DNA of 64,000 bases from Thecamonas trahens ATCC 50062 (GCF_000142905.1 NW_013657665.1:436039-500038), one strand, 5' to 3'; counted from the stretch's first letter, positions 54,417 through 64,000 are shown. Notes: generated by a model from the letters alone, not told the origin. A program made the numbers and translations.

Positions 54417-55445
54417 GGTTGCCGGGTCAGGTGTGTGTGAGAGCGAGAGAGAGAGAGAGAGAGCGTGTGTGTGTGTGTGCAGAAAGGTGGTGTGTGGCAG
54501 ACTGGAGAAGGTTCAGAGGCCAAGTATAGCCGTGTAGGCGGGTGGTGTAGTCTGTGGCTGCCTCTCGCTGTCTCTCTGCCGCAGCTGCAGTGGGCAGCGT
54601 GAGTCGGGTTGGTGACGGCGTGGCATGACACAGTTCGGCCGACAAAAAGGCGCCAAAGTTGGCCATGCTTCGGACGTCGCGTCGGCGTGCTGCAACGGGC
54701 GGCCAAGCCTGCTCGGAAGCTGAAAGAAGAGATGTTGGACAGTTTGATGAGATGTATGCGCTCCTTACATTGCAGAAAACGCAAGGCGGTAAGTCTCGAG
54801 GGGATGTCAGTGGCCCTCACCGCATGTATATGCTCCTCGTCGTGCTGCGGCGCGTCGTGCCGTAAACGGGATTGCTTTGTCCACGCCGTGGAGAACAAGC
54901 TTCGCGCCGCCTGCTGCTGCGGCACCAAGAGAGGGGAAGAATTTGCAACACAAGATGCCAACCGACGGTGGGCGACCAAGGTGACGTACAGTGGCATACA
55001 CCTCTCGGAGAATGTAAGTTGAAGAGAAGGGGAGGAGGTACTTGAGCAGAAGAGTGAATGCACAGAGCGGAAGATGCATTCTTATGCACACGGCCTGTCC
55101 TGACAGACTTGATGCGCTCCAGGGACGGGGGTAGGGGAGCTTTCGTGTGACACGTGGGTTTGTCGACGGAGGCATGGAAGGAAGCTTTTTTTTTGGCCTC
55201 CGAGCCTTCCTCCTCCCGGCATTCCTCCTTGCTAGGACCACCCCATTTCAAGCACATAGCGTCGCTTGACGTGTGATAGTCCTCGGTTGGAGCAGGGCTT
55301 TCAGCTGAGACGTGAGCTTCTGTGGTAGGCCGAGGGTGTGACTTTGAGGGAGGTCACTTTTGGGTGGGTCACTTCCGGGCTGCCAGCAAGCTGTTTTTTT
55401 TTGCGTTGTCGAACAAACACCCCCCCCCCCATACACAGACACACA

Positions 55446-55447
<2 letters not shown>

Positions 55448-55514
<67 letters not shown>
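55448..55514 (+). repeat. (TC)n microsatellite ending in CACAG just before the ATG (possible 5'UTR intron acceptor)
   Basis: Seen directly. Confidence 0.9.
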
Positions 55515-55517
<3 letters not shown>

Positions 55518-55520
55518 GCC

Positions 55521-57434
55521 ATGCGGTTGCTTAGGTCGTCGTCATACACGTTTGCATCTGGGACTGTGTCGTCATCGGCGGCGTCGTCTTCGTCTGCCGA
55601 GGGCAAGTCTGCGCCGGACGGACTCGTCCTCGACCGGGATGCGCTCTCGCCTGAGCTGCAGGTGATTCTGGACAAGGTGGATCGCGATGGTGATGGTGAT
55701 GTGGACGTCAACGAGCTGCTTATGGCGTTCCAGGAGCTGCATCACACCAAGCAGTCGAACAAGCGTCTCGTGCGCATTCTCGCCATCGGTGCGGTGCTGT
55801 TCACGCTCACACTCGGAGTCATTTTCGCGCTCTCTGTGGCGGCGGCCGAGCTGGCCAAGGACACCAGCGTCAACTCTTCGGGCAACTCGCCGTCGGTGAT
55901 GCGGACCAAGTCTGGCGGTGGCGAGTACGCGTCGACGGTGCGGACGGCAAGCGTGACGCCGGCCGTCTCGGTCGGCGATGGTGAGGATCCGCCGGATCAC
56001 ACCGCAAGCGCACGTGCTCTGCGCGCGCGGTCGGCCGAGGGCATTGCTATCCGAGCCGCCGGCGGATTGGACAAGGCCGATCTCGACAACATGTGCGAGG
56101 CGGCCGAGACCGACACGTCGGACGAGTACTCGTACGACACTAGCCTCATCTTCGCGCGGGTTGACGCTGTGACGCAGATGCGGAACAACCCGACGGCGCC
56201 GTTTGCGCTTTCTCTTCCGTCGGCCGCCGGCGACGCCATCGTCGAGTTCAAGGTTGTCGGCATGGCGACGTTTGCCAACATCACCGTGCCCGGCGTTGAC
56301 GCCCAGGTCGAGCTCGAGGTCACCGACCTCGGACTCAAGTCGGATCCGGATGCTGTTGCCCGCCTCTGCTGCGACGCTGTCAACTGCGCGTACGCCATCG
56401 GCTCGCCGCAGGACAGCCTCATCAACGAGAACTTTGTCAACGGCACTGCAGTCGCCGAGCCGACGCCTGAGGACACCGAAACGACCTCGTCCCGGTTCAT
56501 CCTCAACCGCTTTGCCTCGTACGTCCCCATCGGCACTGAGCACGAGGCTCTCGCGGACCGCGACCTTTCGACCCGCGCCGCGCTCTCGGCTTCGCTCCTC
56601 GCGTTCCTGCGCGACGAGTGCGAGGGCTCGCAGTGCCATGTCCAGGGCCGCATGGAGGCCAACAACGTGCTCGACGACACCGGCGCATTTGTGACGGCCA
56701 AGAAGTTCTCGGCGATCGCCACTGGCACGACGATGGAGATTCCCGAGGGCACCCAGCTCGTCTGCCCGCACACCGACGTGGTTGACCAGGCTGGCACCGC
56801 CCTTGGGCGGCTCAACGATGGCCTTGCCACCAAGCTCCGCGACTCGATCAAGCGGTTTGCGAGCGTGTACCGGACCGCTGGCAACACGGCAAAGGCCGAC
56901 GAGTACGATGCGCTTGCCGATACGGTCCACGGCTACATGGAGACTGCACTGACGAGCTCGAAGATTGTGTGCGAGGGCGCCAACACGGTCATCGCCGGCA
57001 AGACCTTTACCGGCATGGACCTCATGATCTTTGGCGAGACCGAGGACGAGACCGCTGTCTTTACGCCTGCGACGTACGGCGACACGACGCCGATCACGTT
57101 CTGCACCTGTGCCCTGGTTGATGGTGAGGATGACGGTGAGCCCGAAGAGGAGGACGATGGGACGACGGCGCGCGGGCTTGTGGAGACCCGCCGGAGCCGG
57201 TTCCGCCGTCGCCGTCGCTTCCGCCGCCGCCGCCGTCGCCTCCGCCGCAAGCGCCGCCGTCGCCGTCGCACTCGTCGCACCCGCCGCCGCCGTCGCCGTC
57301 GCCGCCTCCGCCCCCGCCGCAGGTACCGTCGCAGGTACCGTCGCTTCCGTCGCCGCATCCGTCGCCGCTCGCCGCCGCCTCCCCCACGCAAGCCGCGCAA
57401 GCCGTCGCCGTCGTCGTCATGCTGCTGCAAGTAA
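55521..57434 (+). CDS. EF-hand, single-TM (type II) protein with Cys-containing ectodomain and protamine-like Arg-rich C-terminus
   Basis: DRDGDGDVDVNE loop, TM ILAIGAVLFTLTLGVIFALSV, N-glycosylation sequons, tail RRSRFRRRRRF...SSSCCCK. Confidence 0.8.
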   Translation: MRLLRSSSYTFASGTVSSSAASSSSAEGKSAPDGLVLDRDALSPELQVILDKVDRDGDGDVDVNELLMAFQELHHTKQSNKRLVRILAIGAVLFTLTLGVIFALSVAAAELAKDTSVNSSGNSPSVMRTKSGGGEYASTVRTASVTPAVSVGDGEDPPDHTASARALRARSAEGIAIRAAGGLDKADLDNMCEAAETDTSDEYSYDTSLIFARVDAVTQMRNNPTAPFALSLPSAAGDAIVEFKVVGMATFANITVPGVDAQVELEVTDLGLKSDPDAVARLCCDAVNCAYAIGSPQDSLINENFVNGTAVAEPTPEDTETTSSRFILNRFASYVPIGTEHEALADRDLSTRAALSASLLAFLRDECEGSQCHVQGRMEANNVLDDTGAFVTAKKFSAIATGTTMEIPEGTQLVCPHTDVVDQAGTALGRLNDGLATKLRDSIKRFASVYRTAGNTAKADEYDALADTVHGYMETALTSSKIVCEGANTVIAGKTFTGMDLMIFGETEDETAVFTPATYGDTTPITFCTCALVDGEDDGEPEEEDDGTTARGLVETRRSRFRRRRRFRRRRRRLRRKRRRRRRTRRTRRRRRRRRLRPRRRYRRRYRRFRRRIRRRSPPPPPRKPRKPSPSSSCCCK

Positions 57435-57738
57435 CTGTCGTCACTACGACCCCAGCCACAACGCAATGTAGCCTGCCCCGGACCCACCAACTGTGTGGGC
57501 ACTGGGCGGGATGCATTGGTTTCACTTTATCTTCCCTCCCTGCTTGCGCATGTAAACATTTTGAGCAGAGTACATCACCGTTGCAAGAAATCGCCGACCC
57601 AACCCCCAGCCTCCGTACCCCGACCCACCTCACACCCCACCCACCAACCCCGCACACACACACACACACACACACTCCCCCCGCACATTCACACGCACCA
57701 ACCCCTCCCCTCCCCCCCCCTCCCCTCCCGCACGCATC

Positions 57739-60456
57739 ATGGACACCGAGACGTACTGCGCCCGGTGCGGGCTCGAGTTTGGGCTAGAGGAGCTGCTGGC
57801 GACACACGTCGAGCAGCGTGGACACTCGGCAAGTATCTCGCCCGCCGAGGAGGCGTACACCGTCCGCCCGGCCTCGGTCACCTGCCTCGTGTGCTCGATC
57901 ACCATCCCCGCTGCTGAACATGCCGCCCATGTTCGCGGCGTCAACCACATTGCCCGCCTTCCGCTCCGCGAGTCGTCGCCGGGTCTCGACTCGGACGGCT
58001 CGCTGCTCTCGTCGCCGTCGGCGTCGTTCTCTGCCTCGCCCTCGCCCTCGCCCTCGCCACGTCGCCCGCAACATGCTCACTCAGCGTCGCCTTCTGTCTC
58101 GCCCTCGCCCTCGCCCTCGCCGGTCCGCCGCGTCTCGTTTGCCGAGACCACGCTCGACCTCACCGCCGACCACACCCCGCAGCCGTCGCCGCTCGCCACC
58201 GCCACCTTTTGCGGCATCTGCCGCATGGAGTTTGGCCTGCCCGAGCTGCTCGAGGCTCACAACGCTGCCGGTGAGCACTCGGATGAGGTCATGGTCCGAG
58301 AGGCCGCCGCCAACCACGACGGCCGCCAGACCGCACTCTGCCTCGTCTGTGACCAGGTTGTCGAGTCGTCGCGCCTCCTCGCCCACCGGCTCTCTGTTGG
58401 CCACCGCGACGGCCTCGCGCGCCTGCAGGACGAGCACGTCATCGATATTTCTTTCCACGAATCAGAGGACGACCCGTCGCTCCTCCTCGAGTCAGACGAC
58501 GACGATGGCGACGATGACGGCGATGGCGACAGCGCCACCGCCCATGCTGCTGCCCATGCTGCTGCCGCCGCCGCTGCCACTTCACTCGACGACTCGCTCG
58601 AGGAGCAGCGTCGCCAGCGCGAGGCCCTTCAGGCAATTCTGGCGCAGACGGCCGAGGCTGAGGCTACAGCCAAGGCGCAGCGCAAGGCTGAGGCCGAAGC
58701 CGAGGCCGAGGCCCAGCGTAAGGCAAAGGCCGAGGCCGAAGCCGAGGCCGAGGCCCAGCGTAAGGCAAAGGCCGAGGCCGAAGCCCAGCGCAGAGCCGAG
58801 GCTGCGGCCAAGCGCGAGGCTGACCGCAAGCGCCAGGCCGAGGCCGCTGCCAAGCGCCAGGCCGAGGCTGCGGCCAAGCGCGAGGCCGATGCCGCCAAGC
58901 GCCAGGCTGAAGCCGCCGCCAAGCGCGAGGCTGACCGCAAGCGTCAGGCCGAGGCCGCTGCCAAGCGCCAGGCCGAAGCTGACAAGGCCGAAGAAGAGGT
59001 CGAGGTTATCGCGCCCGATGCTCCCGACGCGTCCAACTCCTCCAACGCTCTGGACACTCCCGGCACTCCTGGTGCCTCTGCCACGGACACCAACACGTCC
59101 ATGGCCGAGCCAGCAGACGACGAGTCGGAGGCCAACACTTCGGCCATGTCTGCGGCGGCGTCTTACCACTCGCCAGCTCGGGCCAGCCCCTCCCGGTCGC
59201 GGAACATGACCCCGGTCATGCCGACCGAGACGCTCGCTGGACCGCCAGTCTATGAGTCGCCACTGATGCGAGCACGCGCCAAGCGCGAGGCTGCCAAGCG
59301 TGCGCGCAACTCGATGTCCGCCATTGCGGCCGCTGGCGGCAGCACGGCGCCGAGCCCGGCTACCAAGGCTGCGCGCGCCGAGACTGAGGCTGTGCGTGCG
59401 GTGATCGAGGCGGCGCGAAAGGCGGCGGCAGCGGCGCGCGAGGCCGGGTATGAGCCGCCCAAGGGTGAGCATGCCACCATTGTGGCGCTTGGCGAGAGCG
59501 AGACTGGCCGCAATAGCGGCATTGTCCTCAACTCGGCCGCACGCGGCGTGCTCAACGCTGTCCGCGTCAACAAGCCGGGTGTGACCAAGCGTGCGGCCGA
59601 GCTCTGCAAGCGCCGCTCCATCAAGACGGCGGCCCAGCTCGGGTGGCTGACCCGCGCCGTCACGCTTTGCGAGCTCACTACTCTCGCGGGCGACGACACC
59701 GATGAGCGGGTGCGCCGGCTGGCGGCCAAGGCGGCGTCGCCAGTCCGCTGCGACCTCCTCGCCGCGGTTGGCCTCGACGCCTCAAACGTCACCGCTGCCG
59801 CCGTCTGCGTCTACGTCAACCGCGTGCCGCAAGTGCTCAGGTCCGCGGGCCAGGCTGGCGTTGCCGTCGCCGCCGCCGCCGGTGGCTTCCCGGCTGCGCT
59901 CACAGACATGGACTCGCGGCTCGGCGAGGTGGCCGCCGCAGTCGCTCACGGCGCCACCGAGATCGACGTCGTCGTCGCCCGCGCCCACATCATCGCCCAC
60001 GCCTGGGACGCGCTCTATGAGGAGCTGCGCACTTTTGTGGCGGCGGCCGGGCCGGACGTCCGAGTCAAGGCTGTCCTCGCCATCCATCAGCTTCCCACGC
60101 TCCGTGACGTGTACAAGGCCACGCTCGTGGCTGCGTTTGCCGGCGTCGACATGGTGTGCTCGACCCCAACTGCCACCGCCACGCCCATGCCTGTCGGACT
60201 CACCATGCTCCGCGCCCTTCGCGAGTACCACGAGATTTCCGGCTTTACTGTAGGCCTCAAGATCGGTGGCGGCATCGCCGCACCCAAGGCCGCCCTCCAG
60301 TGGATGGCCATGGTCGTCGAGGAGATGGGCTTTGCCTGGCTCGCCGCCAACTTCCGCATCGGCGCCACGCCCGGTCTGCTTGTTGATATCGAGCGCCAGA
60401 TCGAGCACGGCGTGACCCGCAACTACGCCGCCTCGCACTACATGGCGCTGCCGTAA
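57739..60456 (+). CDS. Four C2H2 (matrin/U1-like) zinc fingers + charged coiled coil + DERA-like domain lacking the Schiff-base Lys
   Basis: Cx2Cx11-12Hx5H x4; LTTLAGDDT, AAVCVY, GGFPA, GATEIDVV, VYKA, GLKIGGG, FRIGA..LL.DIERQ; DFIKTSTG is replaced by DMVCSTPT. Confidence 0.88.
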   Translation: MDTETYCARCGLEFGLEELLATHVEQRGHSASISPAEEAYTVRPASVTCLVCSITIPAAEHAAHVRGVNHIARLPLRESSPGLDSDGSLLSSPSASFSASPSPSPSPRRPQHAHSASPSVSPSPSPSPVRRVSFAETTLDLTADHTPQPSPLATATFCGICRMEFGLPELLEAHNAAGEHSDEVMVREAAANHDGRQTALCLVCDQVVESSRLLAHRLSVGHRDGLARLQDEHVIDISFHESEDDPSLLLESDDDDGDDDGDGDSATAHAAAHAAAAAAATSLDDSLEEQRRQREALQAILAQTAEAEATAKAQRKAEAEAEAEAQRKAKAEAEAEAEAQRKAKAEAEAQRRAEAAAKREADRKRQAEAAAKRQAEAAAKREADAAKRQAEAAAKREADRKRQAEAAAKRQAEADKAEEEVEVIAPDAPDASNSSNALDTPGTPGASATDTNTSMAEPADDESEANTSAMSAAASYHSPARASPSRSRNMTPVMPTETLAGPPVYESPLMRARAKREAAKRARNSMSAIAAAGGSTAPSPATKAARAETEAVRAVIEAARKAAAAAREAGYEPPKGEHATIVALGESETGRNSGIVLNSAARGVLNAVRVNKPGVTKRAAELCKRRSIKTAAQLGWLTRAVTLCELTTLAGDDTDERVRRLAAKAASPVRCDLLAAVGLDASNVTAAAVCVYVNRVPQVLRSAGQAGVAVAAAAGGFPAALTDMDSRLGEVAAAVAHGATEIDVVVARAHIIAHAWDALYEELRTFVAAAGPDVRVKAVLAIHQLPTLRDVYKATLVAAFAGVDMVCSTPTATATPMPVGLTMLRALREYHEISGFTVGLKIGGGIAAPKAALQWMAMVVEEMGFAWLAANFRIGATPGLLVDIERQIEHGVTRNYAASHYMALP
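58655..58990 (+). repeat. Coding tandem repeats (AEAEAQRKAK / QAEAAAKR / EADRKR)
   Basis: Visible in the DNA and the translation. Confidence 0.85.
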
Positions 60457-60476
60457 GCGGTTCGTCCGCGCACGCC

Positions 60477-61409
60477 TCAGCCCGCTGCGTTGTGCTTGGC
60501 CTTAAACTCCATCGGCGAGACGTACGCCGCACCCAGCCGCCACATGCCGCGCTTGCGCTTGCGCGCAGTGTCGCGCGCAGACTCCAACGCCTCCAGCTGG
60601 CCGTCGTGCTCGGCCCCGCCCGAGGTGTAGACGTCGGCAAAGCCGGCGTCGACGAGTGCCATCGACACATCGCTCCACCACGCAAACGGGAAGAGCGCCG
60701 GGAGCGGAACCGGGCTCGCCCTGCTCAGCCGGTCCACCTTGACCGACGCCACGGCACGGCCGTACTGGTCGCGCTTCAGTAGCTTGACCTTGACCGCCTT
60801 GCCCAACGCATACGCCTCCAGCCATGCCCGCGCCTCCTCGGCGTACGGCTGGCCTGGTCGGCCAAAGTGTGGCGCCTCGGGCGCATCGATGCCGGCCAGG
60901 CGGATGTGGACGGTAGTCGCCCCGAGCTTGCGCGTCAGATCAGGCGTCCAGCCCGAGGTCAGCCACCGAAGCAGCGGCGGCTGGTGGTAAATCCGCAGGT
61001 TGTCGCCGTCAGCCACACCCACAACCCGCCCGCGGATGACCCGGTTCCGTGAAAACGCCCGCTCCGGCAGCGATCCGGCCGTCGGATAGCGCCGGACGAG
61101 CCGGGTGGCAAGGACCGCCAAGCCTGCAGCCGCCAGCGCCAGCACAGCCGCCGCTCCCGCATCTAACATAACGCTCCCGCCTTCGACGGTACCCGCCTGT
61201 GCGGCCAGAGCGTCGGCACTCTGCACCACCGGCCGTGGCAGCCTGGCCAGGCCGTACGCCGTCGAGCGCGCCAAGTCGCGGAGCCAAGTTGGGAGTGGCG
61301 CGTCGCGGGTGACAGCCACAGCATGCGCCGCACGCGCCGCCTTGCGGATCCCTTCTGCACAGGCGTGGGTTGTAGCCAGAAAGAGCGTCGGAGATGGCGC
61401 CTGTGCCAT
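60477..61409 (-). CDS. LCL3: Staphylococcal-nuclease-family endonuclease, LCL3-like, with TM anchor
   Basis: RRYPTA, GRVVGVADGDNLRIYH, IRLAGIDAPEAPHFGRPGQPY, DQYGRAVA, ARKRKRGMW, SPMEFK. Confidence 0.88.
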   Translation of the reverse strand: MAQAPSPTLFLATTHACAEGIRKAARAAHAVAVTRDAPLPTWLRDLARSTAYGLARLPRPVVQSADALAAQAGTVEGGSVMLDAGAAAVLALAAAGLAVLATRLVRRYPTAGSLPERAFSRNRVIRGRVVGVADGDNLRIYHQPPLLRWLTSGWTPDLTRKLGATTVHIRLAGIDAPEAPHFGRPGQPYAEEARAWLEAYALGKAVKVKLLKRDQYGRAVASVKVDRLSRASPVPLPALFPFAWWSDVSMALVDAGFADVYTSGGAEHDGQLEALESARDTARKRKRGMWRLGAAYVSPMEFKAKHNAAG

Positions 61410-61833
61410 CCCCCTATCCTCCCGTGCAAAGTTGAAGCCCGGTCGGTGTCCGGGAGAAGTGGGCGAGAGTGGGCGAGTTCCCCAACCGAAGGCCGAGTTC
61501 CACAACCACACAAAGATCTCCTGGGAACGGAGGGGGGGGGATGGTGGTTGGGTGTATTTGTTTGTGAGAAGGGGAAGACCTGGAAGGGAGGGGGTAGAGG
61601 TTGGAGGGGGGGGGAGGGGGGGGGGGGGGATGACTTGAGGATCGATGTCGAAGGTGTCTGGGTAGTGGTGGTGGCGCGGTAGTGGACGCGAGGGGGCAGC
61701 GGCGGAACAGCGGCGCGACAACAGTGACAAAGTCAGGAGCAGACGACAACGGGCGGCAACAGACGAGGCCGCCGCCGCAGATCATGCTCGGACATGGCAT
61801 GAAGGGCGAGAGGCTGTCGAGAGGCGGAGATGA

Positions 61834-62446
61834 CTAGCCAAAGACCGCGCGGTGCTTGAGGGTGTGGCCGACCACCTTGCTGTACAGCTCGAGGTTGAAG
61901 CTGTCGCCAAACGGAATGACCTTGGCCTCGCGGATGGAGAGCTCGGGCGAGACATGCCCGATGACCTCCACAAACTTGGTCGAGTACAGCATCGGCTGAA
62001 ATGGAGGGGATGGGGGTGAGTGAATGGTTGTGTGCCCTCGGCCGGTCGTCAATGCTCTACTCTCGGCCCTAAAAAGGTCGTGGAATGCAGGAATCTACGT
62101 CGCCACTATCCGCCACCTTGCCCCCTGCCCAAGCGCCGCCGACCACCTGTCAGAAGTGGTGGGAGAGGTAGGCGCAAGGTAGAAGGGAGGGGGGTACATG
62201 CTCTGGCGGTAGGGGGGGGGGGGGGGGGGGGGGAGGGAGGGGGGGGGGAGGAAACGGGGCACATACGTCCTGCGACTGGACGGTCACCGTATGGCCGTCA
62301 CACGTCCGAAGCGAAACAGCACCCGTCTTGTCGACAACCTCGCCGACAACACGGACAAGCGAGCCCACAAAGGCCGAGAGCGAAGCGCCGTTGATCCGCG
62401 GAGTTGCAACGCCTGTTGGTGCAGCAGCAGTCGTCGTGGTCGCCAT
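61834..62446 (-). CDS. RPA3: Replication protein A 14-kDa subunit; exons 62267-62446 and 61834-61995
   Basis: TPRINGASLSAFVGSLVRVVGEV...DGHTVTV|...STKFVEVIG...FGDSFNLELYSKVV; intron GTATGT..TTTCAG in phase 0. Confidence 0.92.
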
Positions 62447-62634
62447 CTGGGTCAAGTAGAGGGAGAAGAGTGGGGGAGAAGTGGTCGTCCCCCCACACCC
62501 GACGCGCCGTCGCGCGTCGCCCGTCGCCCCAACTCGGCTCGGCTTGGCTCCACCGCCTGGCCATGGTGTCGTGAGCACGATCGTGATCACCCCACCCCCC
62601 ACCCCCCCCCCCCCTCCCGTCCCACCTACCACAC

Positions 62635-64000
62635 ATGCTGGGTGGTCGAGAAGGCGAGTCTCTCCGCGGACGACGGGCGCTTGCCACCGGGGGAGCGGTG
62701 GCGCTGGCTGCCGTTGCGGCGGTTGTCTGTGCCGGCCTGCTCAACCGCGCCCGTGGTGGGTGGTACCCGTGCTCCGGCCCGACGGGCAGCCGCCATGCCA
62801 CGACCGCCGGAGGCGATTCCCAGACGCGAACGCGGGTAGTGGCCGACGCGCACGCTTGGTGGCGGTGGCTGGTGGGAGCATACACCGGCATCATTGGAGC
62901 AGCCGCAGCCGAGCCGACGCTGTCGTGGGAAGCCGCCAAGAAGCGTGCCATCTTTGGCCTCGTCCTTGGCGGCTACACCGCTGTGGCATTGTACCCTGAC
63001 TGGAACACGTACATGGGCATGGGCTCGGCGCCGGTGTCGTACAGCCCGGCGGTTGTCCGCCATGGTGTCTTTGACTGGCTGGTGGGCTATCCAGAGCCCG
63101 GGTGGTCGTTTTGGGCGCGGTACTACCGCGATCTGGTCGGCATGTCGCTGCGCGGGCTGATGATGACCGGGCCGGCCGGCCTCGTCATGTACTTTCATGG
63201 CTACGGGTGGGAGTTTCTGGCCTCGGGCGTTTTTATGGGCACAGCTTACGAGTTTGCCAAGGGCTCGTCGGCCGGCCCGTGTGCGCCGATGGCGCCTGGT
63301 CCGCCGTTTGGCGAAATGCTCTGGGGCTGCATCCACGTCGGCGTCCTCCTCTTTGCCACGCTCAACTTTTGGCGGCGCGGCGGTGCCCGTCGCCTTGATC
63401 CGTACCTTCGTCCCGGTGAGTACTGGCTTGTCTGTGCAGCCGGCTTTGTCCTCAGCCTCGTCTTTACGATCTCCGGCATTTGGTTTGCCGCCGCCGTCCC
63501 CGCCGACGATCGCGAGGATGCGTCTGGGGCGCGGTCGACCTACGCTGGCACCGTGTTTGGCACGCTAGCCATTGCGGCTGGCTCTGCAGCGGGCCTCGCG
63601 GCATGGTTCCTGCATCGGGCAGCGGTATGCACCTGGGTCTACCCGAACCCGCCCACGTCCGAGCAGCTGCTGAGGCTGCGGGCGGATCAGGCGCGGGTGG
63701 CGCTCTCGCCGAGCTCGATCAACGGCTCGGCGCTCGGCACCACGCCCACCGCCGCCGCTGCTGCTGCTGCGCTCTCGGGCCACATCGGCGTTGACGACTC
63801 GTTTGTCCGCGAGCGCGACCTGTTCGGCTCGGTCGACATCTCCGAGTCCGAGTACCACGACGACCTCCTCCACGGCTCGCCGTACGACTCGTTGACTTCA
63901 GTCAAGTCGGAGCTCGAGTCGCCGCTGTTGGTCGGCCCATACGCCACGCTCATTTCGTCATCGACGGCCGGTACCGCCGCCGTGGCGCAAACCGGCGTCA
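62635..64000 (+). CDS. Uncharacterised polytopic membrane protein, 3'-truncated by the window
   Basis: Own translation: open from ATG 62635 to the end; LLNRARGGW, DWNTYMGMG, FDWLVG, RDLVGMSLRG, GEMLWG and many hydrophobic segments. Absent from the ORF track because it has no stop. Confidence 0.75.
   Translation, partial: MLGGREGESLRGRRALATGGAVALAAVAAVVCAGLLNRARGGWYPCSGPTGSRHATTAGGDSQTRTRVVADAHAWWRWLVGAYTGIIGAAAAEPTLSWEAAKKRAIFGLVLGGYTAVALYPDWNTYMGMGSAPVSYSPAVVRHGVFDWLVGYPEPGWSFWARYYRDLVGMSLRGLMMTGPAGLVMYFHGYGWEFLASGVFMGTAYEFAKGSSAGPCAPMAPGPPFGEMLWGCIHVGVLLFATLNFWRRGGARRLDPYLRPGEYWLVCAAGFVLSLVFTISGIWFAAAVPADDREDASGARSTYAGTVFGTLAIAAGSAAGLAAWFLHRAAVCTWVYPNPPTSEQLLRLRADQARVALSPSSINGSALGTTPTAAAAAAALSGHIGVDDSFVRERDLFGSVDISESEYHDDLLHGSPYDSLTSVKSELESPLLVGPYATLISSSTAGTAAVAQTGV

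Noticed and set aside
54540-55400. Lower-GC intergenic stretch as a transposon remnant or small gene
   Set aside because: No terminal repeats, transposase or RT motifs; the ORFs lack coding bias; treated as a divergent promoter region
57190-57434. Arg-rich tail as a frameshifted Pro/Ser extensin tract
   Set aside because: The Pro frame needs many A/T-ending codons, against the local GC3 bias; the Arg frame is continuous with the ORF and ends at a clean stop. Not fully excluded without reads.

Overview
GC-rich, gene-dense, intron-poor eukaryotic scaffold with three N-gaps (13895-14343, 26039-26138, 31742-32492). The gene content (cilia genes ARMC3, PDE6D, CFAP410; TBL1; RPA3; HECT E3; LIMK/TESK-type and LRR receptor kinases) and short GT-AG introns point to a flagellated protist. 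An apusomonad such as Thecamonas is my inference, not verified. About 28 protein-coding genes are supported, five with introns reconstructed here. No rRNA, tRNA, CRISPR array or transposase was recognised. The most notable items are three enzyme-derived proteins that lack catalytic residues: a CCCH-zinc-finger IRE1/RNase L-like kinase-KEN protein, a four-zinc-finger deoxyribose-phosphate-aldolase (DERA) pseudoenzyme and a pyruvate-kinase pseudoenzyme. Also notable are an EF-hand membrane protein with a protamine-like poly-Arg tail, an ADF-H/CH/LISK kinase, a multi-TM MKP1-type phosphatase, an F-box-RRM protein, a presequence-bearing phosphoglycerate mutase and a 12-bp-periodic TGATCA array in a divergent promoter. 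Several frameshifts fall in homopolymer runs and look like sequencing errors. All family assignments come from motifs recognised by eye, with no database search.
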